From Parasitella parasitica NRRL 2501 (lineage: Eukaryota; Fungi; Mucoromycota): a DNA stretch of 64,000 nucleotides. Where the stretch lies: NCBI GenBank assembly GCA_025201805.1, contig MU619243.1:1-64000 (forward strand). The letters are read 5' to 3'. Shown here piece by piece: positions 62,750 to 64,000 of this stretch. Position numbers and translations under genes: made by a program. Below the pieces are notes generated by a model. The model ran no database searches, had not been told where the DNA came from, and was given only the letters and a program-made list of their open reading frames with translations. Every line of letters starts with the position of its first letter. Position 1 is the stretch's first letter.

Positions 62750-63724
62750 GCTGTCGTTGGTGTTGTAATGATAATCAAGGAGTGTAAAAAAAAAAAAAGA
62801 AAGTGGGTGGGTAGGTCTGGTTTGATTCGCTTAAAAACAATTCAAAACCACCAATTTGCTTGATTCGTCAAAAAAAGGAAAGACAGGCAAGGCTCTCGAG
62901 CACCTAGTAGTATAATCAAAAGGAGAAGATAAATAAACAATCAGGGAGCTTAAAGCGCTGAATGGCTTGTAGTAAGATTAGTATAATTTTGAACGTTTTG
63001 TTCTGAATGCAAACATAAGGAGATAGTCTTCTAATTCCTTTCAACCTTGTCAAATAGATACAGGTGCTAGCATTGGATGTACATTTCACTCCACCAAACA
63101 TCTATTCCATCTTGTAGCCGCTGAAATTTTATAGAAAATTAGCAGCGAGCTGTTTCTCCTTACAAAGTGGCGTTTCCTCAGATCTCCTTAAAAAAGCGCA
63201 ACGAGCCTTTTTAACCACTCCTATGTATCATGCTGCTGATACTTTGTGAAATGTTTGCATTTGCTAGATATTCTGTAACGTGTATGACTCTCCCTAAACT
63301 TTGCAGGGTAACACGCACAGCCAAAGTTGTAAAAGGCATTGCAATTGCAACCAGCAAAAGGGTGTCGAGGCAGTAACATGTAGCTGTTTTATATAGCTGG
63401 CCAAGAGCGAACCATTGCTGGGCTTTGTTACACTCGTCAAGGAGTAGGTTCTGTTTGTATGCTTTTGATTAAATTTCATAAAACCCGCCATGATGAAAGT
63501 TGACATTGATCTACACTGTTGGATATATCTGTCCCCTTTTTCCTTCATAAATAGAAAAAAAAAAGGCTGTTTGGAAAATAGTAGTTTCCAAATCGATTTG
63601 CATGCTTTATATTTTTGGTCATTTATAAACAGAGTGAATGCCATGTATTGCGCATGGAAGGTTTTTTCCCCTCCTCCTTCTCCTTATCCACTTTTTTTTT
63701 TTTACCTATTTTCTTTTTTCTCTC

Positions 63725-63975
63725 ATGGATAACAGTACAGTAGCGAATACAGACTCGATGCTTGGTTATGGTAGAGCAAATCCAGACAAGCTGGAAATTG
63801 CGTCCGAATTAACATCATTGGCATGCATCACCGTATTGGCACTGGCATTTGGTGCCAAGACGTATGGTGAAAAGCTAAAATCTTTAAATTATGGCCGTCT
63901 ATTGGTCTTACTGCTGTACGCTTGCTCCTGGGCATTTGCAGCGACATCCATCGTTGTAGTGTCTACTAATAATAG
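63725..63975 (+). CDS. First exon of a multi-pass membrane protein (fungal GPCR-like), truncated by window end
   Basis: MDNSTVANTDSMLGYGRANPDKLEIASELTSLACITVLALAFGAK...NYGRLLVLLLYACSWAFAATSIVVVSTNN followed by a GT donor. Confidence 0.7.
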
Positions 63976-64000
63976 TAAAAAATCAAATAAAAATTATGAT

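Noticed and set aside
62886-62960. Possible tRNA-like start (GCACCTAGTAGTATAAT)
   Set aside because: No B-box (GTTCGA) or cloverleaf could be built.

Overview
Eukaryotic, AT-rich, gene-dense DNA with many short (mostly 50-80 nt) spliceosomal introns. Protein families and transposon types point to a Mucorales (Mucoromycota) fungus; this is inference from recognised motifs, and no database search was run. About 25 host genes are supported: Myb/SANT-like protein, PXMP4, Srk1/Rck2-type kinase, DASH subunit Ask1, fructosamine-3-kinase, Mex67, Rpt4, NDUFA8, a degron-rich disordered protein, LaeA-like methyltransferase, Crz1-like C2H2 factor, EEP-family hydrolase, arrestin, Coq10, proteasome alpha5, a Pro-rich surface protein, HAUS4-like protein, Snx3-like PX protein, NAD(P)HX dehydratase, Sen34, GMP synthase, a histone-fold scaffold, Get5 and a truncated multi-pass membrane gene. 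Dead mobile elements lie between them: two Tc1/IS630 (DDE_3) elements plus a relic, a Crypton tyrosine-recombinase element, and a 5'-truncated LINE with poly(A) and a perfect 13-bp target-site duplication. The most notable observations are a candidate securin or APC/C pseudosubstrate (D-box, KEN, ABBA, DIE/ExxP motifs), phased 20-bp and 23-bp motif arrays, an identical TACGCGTC motif 84-85 nt upstream of both proteasome genes, a Mex67 lacking TAP-C, a winged-helix-like tail on Ask1, convergent genes with overlapping stop codons, and GC-AG introns with 13-nt microexons. No CRISPR, rRNA or tRNA gene could be supported, and no multi-gene novel system is demonstrated.
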